Assembly: GCA_002898255.1 (NCBI GenBank)
Contig: BEIE01000006.1
Coordinates: 49,251-113,250, forward strand
Direction: 5' to 3'
Source: a bacterium HR28
GTDB lineage: Bacteria > Chloroflexota > Chloroflexia > Thermomicrobiales > Thermomicrobiaceae
Length of the DNA stretch: 64,000 nucleotides
Below, piece after piece: positions 1 to 8,684 of this stretch (positions are counted from its first letter, which is position 1; each line of letters starts with the position of its first letter). The position numbers and the translations under genes are program-made. The notes beneath the pieces were generated by a model. The model was not told where the DNA came from, made no database searches, and worked only from the letters and a program-made list of their open reading frames with translations.

Positions 1-472
1 ATGCGGTGAAGCCATAGCCAAGGGTCTCGAGGGCGGCGAAACCCATGCCACTGGCAAGGCCGAAGAGGAGTCCGGCTATCTCCGAGCGGTACCGCCAGCG
101 TAGGAAAAAGAGAAGCGGAACCAACAGTTTAGCTGACTCCTCGATCACACCCACGGCCAGGAGTGGCAGAAAGCCAAGGGCTCGGTAGGTATCGTATTCG
201 AGCGTGCCAGCAACAATAACGCCAAGCGCACCGCCCCACAGGAAGTTCCAAACGACGACGCTCGGGGGAATCGTCTCGGGAAGTGGGTGCTCATAGACCC
301 AGAGAACCAGGACGACCGGGACGAGGAAAGCACCAAGGACCAACAGTGCTGGAATGAAGTTGGGGTTCTGCGTCGTCTGCAAGACGCGATTTAGTACGTA
401 AAAGAGCACGATCCCGCCGATCAGGATCTGGAACCAGCTGCGACCGGCGACTCCGGAGGCTCTTCGTATCAC
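1..472 (-). CDS. PrsW-family intramembrane protease, C-terminal part cut off by the window edge
   Basis: My own minus-strand translation reads VIRRASGVAGRSWFQILIGGIVLFYVL...LAVGVIEESAKLLVPLLFFLRW...GLASGMGFAALETLGYGF. This is a multi-TM protein with E-E-x-x-K and G-x-x-F-A-x-x-E motifs as I recall for PrsW. It is absent from the ORF track because it runs off the window. The GTG start at 470-472 is tentative. Confidence 0.55.
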   Translation of the reverse strand, partial: MIRRASGVAGRSWFQILIGGIVLFYVLNRVLQTTQNPNFIPALLVLGAFLVPVVLVLWVYEHPLPETIPPSVVVWNFLWGGALGVIVAGTLEYDTYRALGFLPLLAVGVIEESAKLLVPLLFFLRWRYRSEIAGLLFGLASGMGFAALETLGYGFTA

Positions 473-790
473 GTTTCCAAGCTCCTGTGGTGGAGCATGC
501 GGTTGCACTGCGTTATCGTGCCACAGCAGCCAGGGACTGATCCTCGTTGATGTCGTACGACAATCTGTGGCTCAGTAGGAGCGCCTCGTGTGCTGCCACC
601 GCTCGTGGTGACGACGCACCAGGAAACATGGGCAATCCGGAAGTTCATGGGATACGGGACGCGCTGTTGGATTGATGAAAGCGGGCATTCATGCGCTCGT
701 GGGCTTGGAAGATGACGGTGGGTCAGGCGTATCCACCGGAGTTGGGGACCTAGGCGCCGTGTGATCCTGTGGAGCGTGTGGGTAAGTGGC

Positions 791-1231
791 TCAGCGACCG
801 CGCTGGAGCAGGCTTGCGATGGTGCGTTCGACATCGGGTGGGAGCTGGAGCGCGAAACCCTCGGCGGTCAGGAGGTGCCGGTTCTCCGTATGTCCGCTCG
901 CCACCGGCACGAGCTGCCCCGCCTCCATTCGCCAAAGGATAAAGCCCGCCTCGAGCTTGCCATGATAGGGCCGGATTTCGAGGACGTAGCCGTTCCCTTC
1001 CAGGGTGACTGGCTGAAAGCGGTGCTTCTTGAGTGTCTGGAGCAAGCGGTCAGCCAAGGTCGCCACCGGATCCTCTCCCTCCATCTCCCAGCAGCATACG
1101 CCGGAGGATCGGGAACGGCAAGCCGGCTGCCGGTCAGCCCAGGGGATAGCGTCTTGTGGGAGATGCTCAGTATCCCATTTAGTCTCGGATTGTCCCGACC
1201 AAGCATCCTGATCTCTCAGCCGATCGGGCAT
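791..1231 (-). CDS. hypothetical protein
   Basis: C-terminal 146 aa of the 231-aa ORF 791..1486, taken from the internal ATG (MPDRLRDQDAW...). That part has protein-like composition (LADRLLQTLKKHRFQPVTLEGNGYVLEIRPYHGKLEAGFILWRMEAG). The upstream part is low-complexity Arg/Ser/Pro. No family recognised. Confidence 0.4.
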   Translation of the reverse strand: MPDRLRDQDAWSGQSETKWDTEHLPQDAIPWADRQPACRSRSSGVCCWEMEGEDPVATLADRLLQTLKKHRFQPVTLEGNGYVLEIRPYHGKLEAGFILWRMEAGQLVPVASGHTENRHLLTAEGFALQLPPDVERTIASLLQRGR

Positions 1232-1656
1232 GGTACCGCCTGATCTCGGCGATGTGGCAGCCATCTTCTCGTGCTGCTGCCTTGGTCGACTGCTACAGCG
1301 GAGCAACCGGCAAGGCTCCAGTGCAGCGAGATCCTGTGCGATCGGTTCGGCCCAACCAACTGGGTGCCGATATGGCGCCAGGCGTGGCGTGGCCTCTGCG
1401 CGGACTCCACCCGCGCCGAAGCGAGTACAGTGGCCCCGAATCACCGCCCCCTTTTGGCCGCTCTGTGAAGAGCTGGCGGTGGTCACGACGAATAAGACAG
1501 AACAGAGATGTACGGCATGTTGAGCCTGGGCAGTTGGGAGAAGGCTGGCTCGGCGCGGTCTCTCCCGCGCCGAGCCAGCGGGTTTGACGAGGCAGTACGA
1601 TAACGAGGAACAAGCTGTTGCCGGTTTTCGGCAAGAGGGGCCAAGGGCGTGCCGCC

Positions 1657-3198
1657 TCAGCGGTCCCTCGCTTCACGCTGTTCCATGCGCAGGCGCTCCT
1701 CCTCCGATTCCAGCTCGATGTACTGGTGCTTGAGCTCCTTCTCCGCCTCCAGGATCAGCGCGACTTCTTCCTCTGGAGCCTGCGCGACCAGACGGTGGCG
1801 AGAGTAGAAGGCGAAGTAGAGGATCGCGATCACCAGGAAGAAGGCGACTCCCAAGACACCAGGACGGTAGTCCTGAATGGAGAAGGTTGCAAGCAGGGAA
1901 ATGATCGCCAGGGCCGCGCCAATCGCCGCACCAGGGATCCCGAAGGGGCTCTGATAGGGGCGTGGGAGTTCCGGACGAGCGATCTTGAGGCGGATGTAGG
2001 CAAGCATCACCGCCGCATAGGAGATCACGGCGCCGAAGACGGCCATGTTCAAGAGTGCCGCACCGACGATGCCGGTGCCGAAGCGATCAATGATCAAGGC
2101 GCAGAGCAGCCCAATAATGGCACCAGCGACGAGGGCGCGGTGGGGTGTGTGAGTCTTGCGCCCGGTGACGGAAAGGAAGCGCGGGTAGTAGCCAGCGCGC
2201 GAGAGCGCAAAGATGACGCGGCCGTAGGCGTAGATGATCGTATGGAAGCTGGCAATTAGCCCAGTCAAGGCGATGAGTGTGAGGACAGCGGTGGTCGCAC
2301 CGCTTCCAAAGACAGCGACGAAGCCGTCGGCGAGCGGCGCTCCCGAGACACCGATTTGGGCGGCGCCACCATTCACGCCCGAGTTGAAGATCAAGGTGAA
2401 CACCGAGAGGGCGAGCAATGTGAAGATGCCGGTGATCAGACCGCGTGGCATGTCCCGCACAACGTCATGGGTTTCCTCGGCAGCGAGCGGGAGCTCCTCA
2501 ATCGCCAGATAGAACCAGATGGCAAAGGGGATAGCGGCGAAAATGCCGTAGAAGCCCTTGGGGAGGAATGTGGAGCTGCCAGCGCGGTTCGGATCGGGCT
2601 CAATGTTGAAGACCAGATCCCAGCTGAAGGCGCCGGAGGCGACCGCGCCGATGTAGAAGATCAGCAGCACGAGCATGGCCAGGATGGTCACGACTAAACC
2701 GACCCGGAGTGTGATCTCCACTCCAGCGATATTGATGCCCACGAAGATGGCGTAAAAGACGAGCCACCAGACCCAGACTGGAACCGAAGGAAAGAGTGTA
2801 TTCATGTAGCCGCCAATGCCGACCACGATGACTGCCGGGGTGATGACATACTCGATTGTGTCGGTAACGCCCACCAAGTATCCACCCCAGGGGCCGAAAG
2901 CACTGCGGGTGAAGGAATAGAAGCCGCCGGCATGGGGCAGTGCCGTACTGAGCTCGGCGATGCTATAGACCATGCAGAGGTACATGATCGCCATCAACAC
3001 CGTTGCGATCAGGAGCCCACCGAAGCCGCCGGCGTCCAGCCCAAAGTTCCAACCGAAGAAGTCACCGGAGATCACTGCGCCGACGCCAAGGGCCCAGAGC
3101 AGTACCCAGTTCGCGTGTCGACGCAGCTTGCGTTGTTCAAGGTATTCCTGCCCGACCTTCTCGTAGCGCACACCGCCGCGTTCCAAACTCTCTCCCAT
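1657..3198 (-). CDS. APC-superfamily amino-acid/ethanolamine permease
   Basis: 513-aa ORF with about 12 hydrophobic segments. The N-terminus LRRHANWVLLWALGVGAVISGDFFGWNFGL...GGFYSFTRSAFGPWGGYLVG matches my recollection of ethanolamine permeases (Eat family). Confidence 0.8.
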   Translation of the reverse strand: MGESLERGGVRYEKVGQEYLEQRKLRRHANWVLLWALGVGAVISGDFFGWNFGLDAGGFGGLLIATVLMAIMYLCMVYSIAELSTALPHAGGFYSFTRSAFGPWGGYLVGVTDTIEYVITPAVIVVGIGGYMNTLFPSVPVWVWWLVFYAIFVGINIAGVEITLRVGLVVTILAMLVLLIFYIGAVASGAFSWDLVFNIEPDPNRAGSSTFLPKGFYGIFAAIPFAIWFYLAIEELPLAAEETHDVVRDMPRGLITGIFTLLALSVFTLIFNSGVNGGAAQIGVSGAPLADGFVAVFGSGATTAVLTLIALTGLIASFHTIIYAYGRVIFALSRAGYYPRFLSVTGRKTHTPHRALVAGAIIGLLCALIIDRFGTGIVGAALLNMAVFGAVISYAAVMLAYIRLKIARPELPRPYQSPFGIPGAAIGAALAIISLLATFSIQDYRPGVLGVAFFLVIAILYFAFYSRHRLVAQAPEEEVALILEAEKELKHQYIELESEEERLRMEQREARDR

Positions 3199-3228
3199 GG
3201 TTCCCCTCCTCTCAAAAGGTTTGCAGCT

Positions 3229-4011
3229 TCAGTCCTCCGGTGTGATGTAGGCAGCAGTAATACCGCCGTCTACCAGGAAGGCGGTTGCCGTCACGTAGGA
3301 CGACTCGTCTGAGGCAAGGAACAGCGCGGCCTGGGCGATCTCCCGAGCTTGGGCAAAGCGACCCATCGGGATGTGCACCAGCCGGCGTTGCCGCTTGGCT
3401 GGGTCGGCCAGAATCGATCGCAGAAGTGGGGTGTCGACTGGCCCAGGGCAGAGGGCGTTGGCCCGGATGTTCTTCCGGGCGAACTCGATGGCGATTTCGC
3501 GCGTCATGGCTAGTACGCCCCCCTTGCTCGCTGTATAGGCGATCTGGGGGACAGCGGCTCCCATGATGGCGACGAAACTCGCGGTATTGATGATCGAGCC
3601 GCCACCGGCGCGCAGCATGGCTGGGATAGCGTACTTACAGCCGAGGAAGACGCCCTTGAGATTGACTGCCATGACGCGGTCCCAGACCTCTTCGGGCGTG
3701 TCGACCACAGAGCCATCCTCGTCGGGAAAGATCCCGGCGTTGTTGAACATGACGTCGAGCTTACCGTAGGTCTCCTCGGCCGTGCGCACCAAGGCTTCGA
3801 CTTCGGCTGCCTTCGTGACGTCGGTGCGGACGAACAGCGCCTCGCCCCCTGCCTCCCGGATCAGGCGGACCGTCTCTTCACCACCCGCCACATTGATGTC
3901 GGCGACCACAACCTTCGCCCCTTCCTGGGCGAAGAGGAGTGCCGACTCACGACCGATTCCGGAACCCGCTCCAGTGATGATGCAGACTTTGCCCGCCAGT
4001 CGCGTGCCCAT
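3229..4011 (-). CDS. short-chain dehydrogenase/reductase (SDR)
   Basis: Starts at the internal ATG at 4009-4011 (MGTRLAGKVCIITGAGSGIGRE...). Has the TGxxxGIG cofactor motif, NNAG, and the catalytic Y-x-x-x-K (YTASKGGV). The upstream part of the 348-aa ORF overlaps the neighbouring gene and is Ser/Thr/Arg-rich noise. Stop codon is TGA. Confidence 0.9.
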   Translation of the reverse strand: MGTRLAGKVCIITGAGSGIGRESALLFAQEGAKVVVADINVAGGEETVRLIREAGGEALFVRTDVTKAAEVEALVRTAEETYGKLDVMFNNAGIFPDEDGSVVDTPEEVWDRVMAVNLKGVFLGCKYAIPAMLRAGGGSIINTASFVAIMGAAVPQIAYTASKGGVLAMTREIAIEFARKNIRANALCPGPVDTPLLRSILADPAKRQRRLVHIPMGRFAQAREIAQAALFLASDESSYVTATAFLVDGGITAAYITPED

Positions 4012-4024
4012 CGTCTTCCCTCCC

Positions 4025-5410
4025 TCAGCCACGCTCGAAGTAGCGGTACAACTCCCAGTCGGTGACCACCGCGTCGAACGCCTCTTGCTCGACCCGAGCC
4101 ATGTTGACGTAGTGGTCGACGACGAGATCACCAAAGACCTGGCGAGCGAACGCCGAGCGGTCGAATTCCACCATTGCCTCGGCGAGCGTTCGTGGCACAC
4201 GGACGACGTCGCGGGCTTCGTACGCATTGCCGCGGTACTCTGGCGGAAGTGGGAGCTCGCGCTCGATGCCGTCAAGCGCCGCGGCGATCATGGCGGCGTA
4301 CGCAAGGTATGGGTTCGCGTCGGCGCCCGGGATGCGGCTCTCGATGCGCAACGACTGGCCGTGTCCAACAATGCGGAAGCCGCAGGTGCGGTTGTCGCGT
4401 CCCCACACGACGTTTACCGGTGCCCAGCTCGCAACAGCGTAGCGCTTATAGGAGTTGACGTTCGAGGCGACGAACAGCGAGAGCTCCCGCGCGTGCGCAA
4501 TCAGGCCAGCCAGGGCGTGCTGCATAAGACGGCTCATGTGGTACGGCTGGCCATCTGGGTCGTAGAAGAGGTTCCGCTCTCCGGCAGAGTCCCAGATGCT
4601 CAGGTGGATGTGGGAACTGGAACCCGTCCAGGTATGGTGCGGCTTGGCCATGAAGGTGACGGAGAGGCCGTTGAGGTAGGCGATCTCTTTGACTCCGTGC
4701 TTGAAGAGGACGGCGCGATCCGCTGATTCGAGGGCATCAGCATAATGGATGTTGATCTCGTGCTGGCCGGCAGCGGCCTCCCCCTTAGAGAACTCGATCG
4801 GGATTCCGGCAGCAGTCATCAGGTTGCGGATCTGCCGGTAGATCGGTTCAGCTTTGGTGCCTTGGAAGAGGTGGTAGTCCTCGTTGTACCAGCCGAAGGG
4901 ACGCAGACCGCGGTACCCCTTCTCGTGGGCCTCGTCATAGGAGTCTTTGAGGAGATAGAACTCGAGCTCACTCGCCATCATGACGCGGAAGCCCATGGCA
5001 CTAGCCCGCGAGACCTGCTGGCGCAAAATCGTGCGCGGGGCAACCGGGATGAGTTCGCCGGTCTCCTCGTCGACCGCATCGGCTAGGACGAGCGCTGTCC
5101 CTTCCAGCCAGGGGATACGCCGCAGCGTGGCAAAGTCGGGACGGGCGACCCAGTCGCCGTAACCGGTCTCCCAGTTCATGAGGCGGTAACCGCCGGGAGT
5201 GGTCATCTCCATGTCGGTTCCGAGGAGATACGTGCAGAAGTGGGTACCGTGCTCACGAACGTGGTCGAGGAAGAAGTCGGCCCGCACGCGCTTCCCCATG
5301 AGGCGCCCCTGCATGTCGCAGATGGCGTTAATGACGGTGTCGATCTCACCGGACTCAACAAGTTGTGTGAGTTCGGCGAGGCTCAAAAGACCGCTGGTGT
5401 GGCTACTCAT
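4025..5410 (-). CDS. glutamine synthetase family protein (gamma-glutamyl-amine ligase-like, GlnA3/GlnA4/PuuA type)
   Basis: GS catalytic-domain hallmarks are present (FGWYNEDYHLF, EFSKGEAAAGQHEINI, GSSSHIHLSIWD, NSYKRY, RIESRIPGADANPYLA). The start is taken at MSSHTSG (ATG 5408-5410); the ORF-track start at 5497 is also possible. Confidence 0.85.
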   Translation of the reverse strand: MSSHTSGLLSLAELTQLVESGEIDTVINAICDMQGRLMGKRVRADFFLDHVREHGTHFCTYLLGTDMEMTTPGGYRLMNWETGYGDWVARPDFATLRRIPWLEGTALVLADAVDEETGELIPVAPRTILRQQVSRASAMGFRVMMASELEFYLLKDSYDEAHEKGYRGLRPFGWYNEDYHLFQGTKAEPIYRQIRNLMTAAGIPIEFSKGEAAAGQHEINIHYADALESADRAVLFKHGVKEIAYLNGLSVTFMAKPHHTWTGSSSHIHLSIWDSAGERNLFYDPDGQPYHMSRLMQHALAGLIAHARELSLFVASNVNSYKRYAVASWAPVNVVWGRDNRTCGFRIVGHGQSLRIESRIPGADANPYLAYAAMIAAALDGIERELPLPPEYRGNAYEARDVVRVPRTLAEAMVEFDRSAFARQVFGDLVVDHYVNMARVEQEAFDAVVTDWELYRYFERG

Positions 5411-6582
5411 CGTCCCGCTCGCTCCTTCCTGGTTCTTCGCAGCCAGAACCGGAAATGCGAGCGGCGAGGTGGCGGCCGGGATTTCCCGACCGGCCAAGGA
5501 AGGTTGGATCGTCCGGTGAACGGGATGTCGGCCCGGTACACCACGACGAAAATGCTCGACCCTTCCCCAATCAAAAGCTAACCCAATGCACGCAGCGGCC
5601 CGTCCTGCTTGCCCGCGTGCTGGTGAGCGATGGCCTGACCCAAAACTGAAACGAGCCAGACACTGCAGAAGATGCCGTGTCCGGCTTGTGTACCATGCTC
5701 ACGCTGCCAGGAGACACAATAATGGTTCCTGGAGAGGATGTCAAGGGGCATTCATTGCGGGATTCGATCCAGTGTGGAGCGCGAAGACAGTACGGCGGAT
5801 GACACACGGTTTCCAGAAGGGGACGGCTTTTTGCTGGATCGTTTGCGCCGGCGAGTTCCTTACCACTATCTCTGTTCTGCTCATTCGCAGCTCTTCGTGC
5901 CCCCTGGCTTGTCTCCTCACACTGGAACAACGGTGACGGAGACCGAATTCGAATTCGTGGGACCTGGACGGCTGCTGCTGTGCAGAACCAGCTCACTCTT
6001 GGTGCTACTGCCCGATGCGGGACGGTCGAGCCGAGTTGGCGTAGAGCGCGGATCCTCGCTGCGCCAAGATCGGTCTTGTTGATCCTCCTGCGATACCTTC
6101 GGGAGCAGGCGAGCTGCAGCTTGAGGCACCGCCTTTTACCGACCTGCCAGTGCTCCCGCAATTGCGATCTGGATGTTGGTAACAACTCAACACGCTCTTG
6201 CGGGGGTGCACACCTGGGTTGCGGAGAGGATCGGCATGACGATACCCCGTTCCCCGTGCTGAGCAGACAGAAGACCGGTTTCGAGAGCGGGTCATTCGCT
6301 TGGAGCAAGAGCGCGGAGGCAGTCCAGCATAGCTCGCCGTGACGGCGTTCTGATCGTTTTCAGGATTGCTGGAGCTGCGCCTGAAGCGCTCTGGGAAATA
6401 TTGGCGTGAGTGCTCGCCCTGGTCGTACTCCAGCGCAAGTCAAGCGTTGCTGGCCGGTTGTTCTCCCCTGGCACGTAGCAAATCTGTCAGGGAAGGGTTG
6501 ACAGCCCCTTACTGTAGCACTAGACTGTGCGCAGACGAGAGACGAAGTGTCGGATAGTGTCTGAAATATCGGACATACGGAA

Positions 6583-7419
6583 ATGCCACGACGCGTACCC
6601 GCAGTTGAACGAGCACTAGACATCCTCGAGCTCTTCTTGCGGTCGCCCCAGCCGGAGTCGCTTTCTGTGCCGGAGATTGCGCGAGCGCTGGATTTGCCGC
6701 GCAGTACGGCACATGAGCTCGTTGCCACACTCGTCGCTCGCCGTTACTTGCGGCCGATTGAGGGGAACCCACACCGCTACGCGCTAGATGTCCGTGTCTT
6801 CGAGCTCGGTAATGCCTATGCGGCTGGGCTGGATCTCGCGCGCGAAGGTCAGATCGTGGCGCGTCGGGTGGCGGCGCAATGTGACGAGACGGTGCACATC
6901 GCAGTGCTGGAGGGGACGGACGTCTTCTACATCGCCAAGGTGGACAGTACGAATGCACTGCGCCTTGTCTCAGCGATCGGTCGCAGACTACCGGCACACT
7001 GCACCGCGGTTGGCAAGATGTTGCTCTCCGGCCTGAGTGAAGAGGAGTTTGCCGAGCGGTTTGCCGGTGTGCGGGAGCTCCCGGGCATGACGCGAAACAG
7101 TCTACGTTCGGTGGATGCTCTACGGGCAGAGCTGGCACGGACGCGGGCGCGAGGGATCGCTTGGGACAACTGCGAATCCAACCCTGATGTCCGCTGTGTG
7201 GCGGCGCCGATCTACGACCATCGCGGCCGGATGGTGGCGGCGATGAGTATTTCGTTCCCGGTCGTGCGTGATACGCCGGAGCGTTTCTTGGAGCTTTCAC
7301 GCTTAGTCCGGGAGGGGGCGCAGGAACTCTCGCAGCGGCTTGGGTATCGAGAGGTTCCGCAGGGGACCTGGGAGCCAGAGTTGCCTCCGTGGCACTCGGC
7401 GCTCGTCGCTGACAGCTGA
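6583..7419 (+). CDS. IclR-family transcriptional regulator
   Basis: N-terminal wHTH (VERALDILELF...LSVPEIARALDLPRSTAHELVATL) followed by an IclR effector domain (HIAVLEG..VFYIAKVDS, GKMLLS, CVAAPIYDHRGRMVAAMSIS). Confidence 0.9.
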   Translation: MPRRVPAVERALDILELFLRSPQPESLSVPEIARALDLPRSTAHELVATLVARRYLRPIEGNPHRYALDVRVFELGNAYAAGLDLAREGQIVARRVAAQCDETVHIAVLEGTDVFYIAKVDSTNALRLVSAIGRRLPAHCTAVGKMLLSGLSEEEFAERFAGVRELPGMTRNSLRSVDALRAELARTRARGIAWDNCESNPDVRCVAAPIYDHRGRMVAAMSISFPVVRDTPERFLELSRLVREGAQELSQRLGYREVPQGTWEPELPPWHSALVADS

Positions 7420-7483
7420 GTCGTAGTGGAGGGAGGTGACGTTGGAGATCGGGCATCACGTCATCGGGCGATCTGGTGACTCG

Positions 7484-8629
7484 ATGGGCAAAGTATCGAC
7501 GAGTCGGGAGGAGATGGTCATGGATGAGCGGACGATGCGGAGACTCGTAACGCGGCGGCAGCTGCTGCGTTCGGTATTGGTTGGTGGTGCGGCACTCTCG
7601 CTTCTGAGTGCATGCGGGGGTGGCCAGGCCACGCCGACAGCCGCGCCAGCGGCGAGCCCGACGCCGGCTCGAGCCGCGACACCGACGGTGGCTGCAACGA
7701 CGCCGACGGCTGCTACTGCTGCGACACCGACGACTGCGGCTGCAGCCGGGCCGGTACCGACAGTTGCCCCGGGGACGAAGATCACGGTCGCGATGGTGCC
7801 GAAGCTCGTGCACCCGTTCTTTGAGGATGTTCGGAAGGGTGGCGAGCAGAAGGCCAAGGAACTCGGCGTCGACTTCCAGTGGGTGGCTCCGCAGCAGGCC
7901 GATCCAGCCCAGCAGGTCGCGATGATCGAGGACCTGATCCGCAAGAAGGTGCATGCCATCTCGATCTCGCCGAACGAGCCGAAGTCGGTCGAGCCGGTTA
8001 TCGCCGAGGGGATGAAGCAGGGCATTCTGATGATGACCTTCGACTCGGATTCCCCGAACAGCCAGCGTGTCATGTACATCGGCACTGATAACAAAGCGGC
8101 TGGCCGGACGATGGGCGAGACGATGGCCAAGCTTCTCAACGGAAAAGGGAAGGTCGGGATAATCACCGGCGGGCTTGGTGCGCTTAACCTGAATCAGCGT
8201 ATTGAGGGATTCAAGGAAGGGGTCGGACCGAACATCGAAGTCGTTGACATTCAGGCCACCGACGACGATCTCCAGAAGGGGCTCTCGGTCAGTGAGGCGA
8301 TGCTGCGGGCACATCCGGATCTCAATGGCATCGCCTGTGTGAGCGCAACAGGTGGGCCAACGCTTGCCCAAGTGCTCAAGTCGCCCGAGTTTCAGGATCG
8401 GATCGGGAAGCTGGTCATTGTCGCCTTTGACGATCTGGAGGAGACGAAGCGGGCGATTGACGAAGGAATTATCGCAGCGACGATGGTGCAGCGTCCGGTT
8501 CAGATGGGTGTGTTGACAGTGCAGTGGGCCTATGAGATCTTGACCGGCAAGGCGAAGCCACCGTTCCAGAACATCGACACGGGTGTTACAGTCGTAACGA
8601 AGGAGAATCTGAACAGCTACACGAAGTGA
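7484..8629 (+). CDS. sugar ABC transporter substrate-binding lipoprotein (RbsB/PBP1-like)
   Basis: Tat-like RR signal plus lipobox (MRRLVTRRQLLRSVLVGGAALSLLSAC), a long Ala/Thr/Pro linker, then a periplasmic-binding-protein type I fold (ITVAMVPKLVHPFFEDV...). Start is ambiguous between 7436 and 7508. Confidence 0.85.
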   Translation: MGKVSTSREEMVMDERTMRRLVTRRQLLRSVLVGGAALSLLSACGGGQATPTAAPAASPTPARAATPTVAATTPTAATAATPTTAAAAGPVPTVAPGTKITVAMVPKLVHPFFEDVRKGGEQKAKELGVDFQWVAPQQADPAQQVAMIEDLIRKKVHAISISPNEPKSVEPVIAEGMKQGILMMTFDSDSPNSQRVMYIGTDNKAAGRTMGETMAKLLNGKGKVGIITGGLGALNLNQRIEGFKEGVGPNIEVVDIQATDDDLQKGLSVSEAMLRAHPDLNGIACVSATGGPTLAQVLKSPEFQDRIGKLVIVAFDDLEETKRAIDEGIIAATMVQRPVQMGVLTVQWAYEILTGKAKPPFQNIDTGVTVVTKENLNSYTK

Positions 8630-8637
8630 CCACATGA

Positions 8638-8664
8638 GGGCCAGGGGGCCAATACCCCTGGCCC
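8638..8664 (+). promoter_or_regulatory. intercistronic stem-loop between the binding-protein and ATPase genes
   Basis: Perfect 10-bp stem GGGCCAGGGG / CCCCTGGCCC with a 7-nt loop and no T-tract. This is typical of mRNA-stabilising or attenuating hairpins that follow ABC binding-protein genes. Confidence 0.5.
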
Positions 8665-8684
8665 GCTACTGTTAGGGAGAGGCT

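Noticed and set aside
761-1243. 160-aa plus-strand ORF overlapping the minus-strand hypothetical gene.
   Set aside because: Its composition is less protein-like than the minus-strand frame and there is no RBS. I kept only the minus-strand call, itself at low confidence.
6549-6576. TCGGATA / TCGGACA repeat just upstream of the IclR gene, considered as an operator.
   Set aside because: It is a short imperfect direct repeat, not the palindromic site usual for IclR regulators. The evidence is too weak for a feature call, so it is mentioned only within the spacer finding.
6509-8635. 708-aa minus-strand ORF, the longest of many long antisense ORFs. Other examples are 22711..23472, 50927..51823, 57430..58590 and 49626..50582.
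   Set aside because: These are Arg/Pro/Ser/His-rich shadow ORFs lying antisense to well-supported genes (IclR, the binding protein, DLH, the cox upstream region, aconitase, the S9 peptidase). This is typical of high-GC DNA, and none has recognisable motifs.
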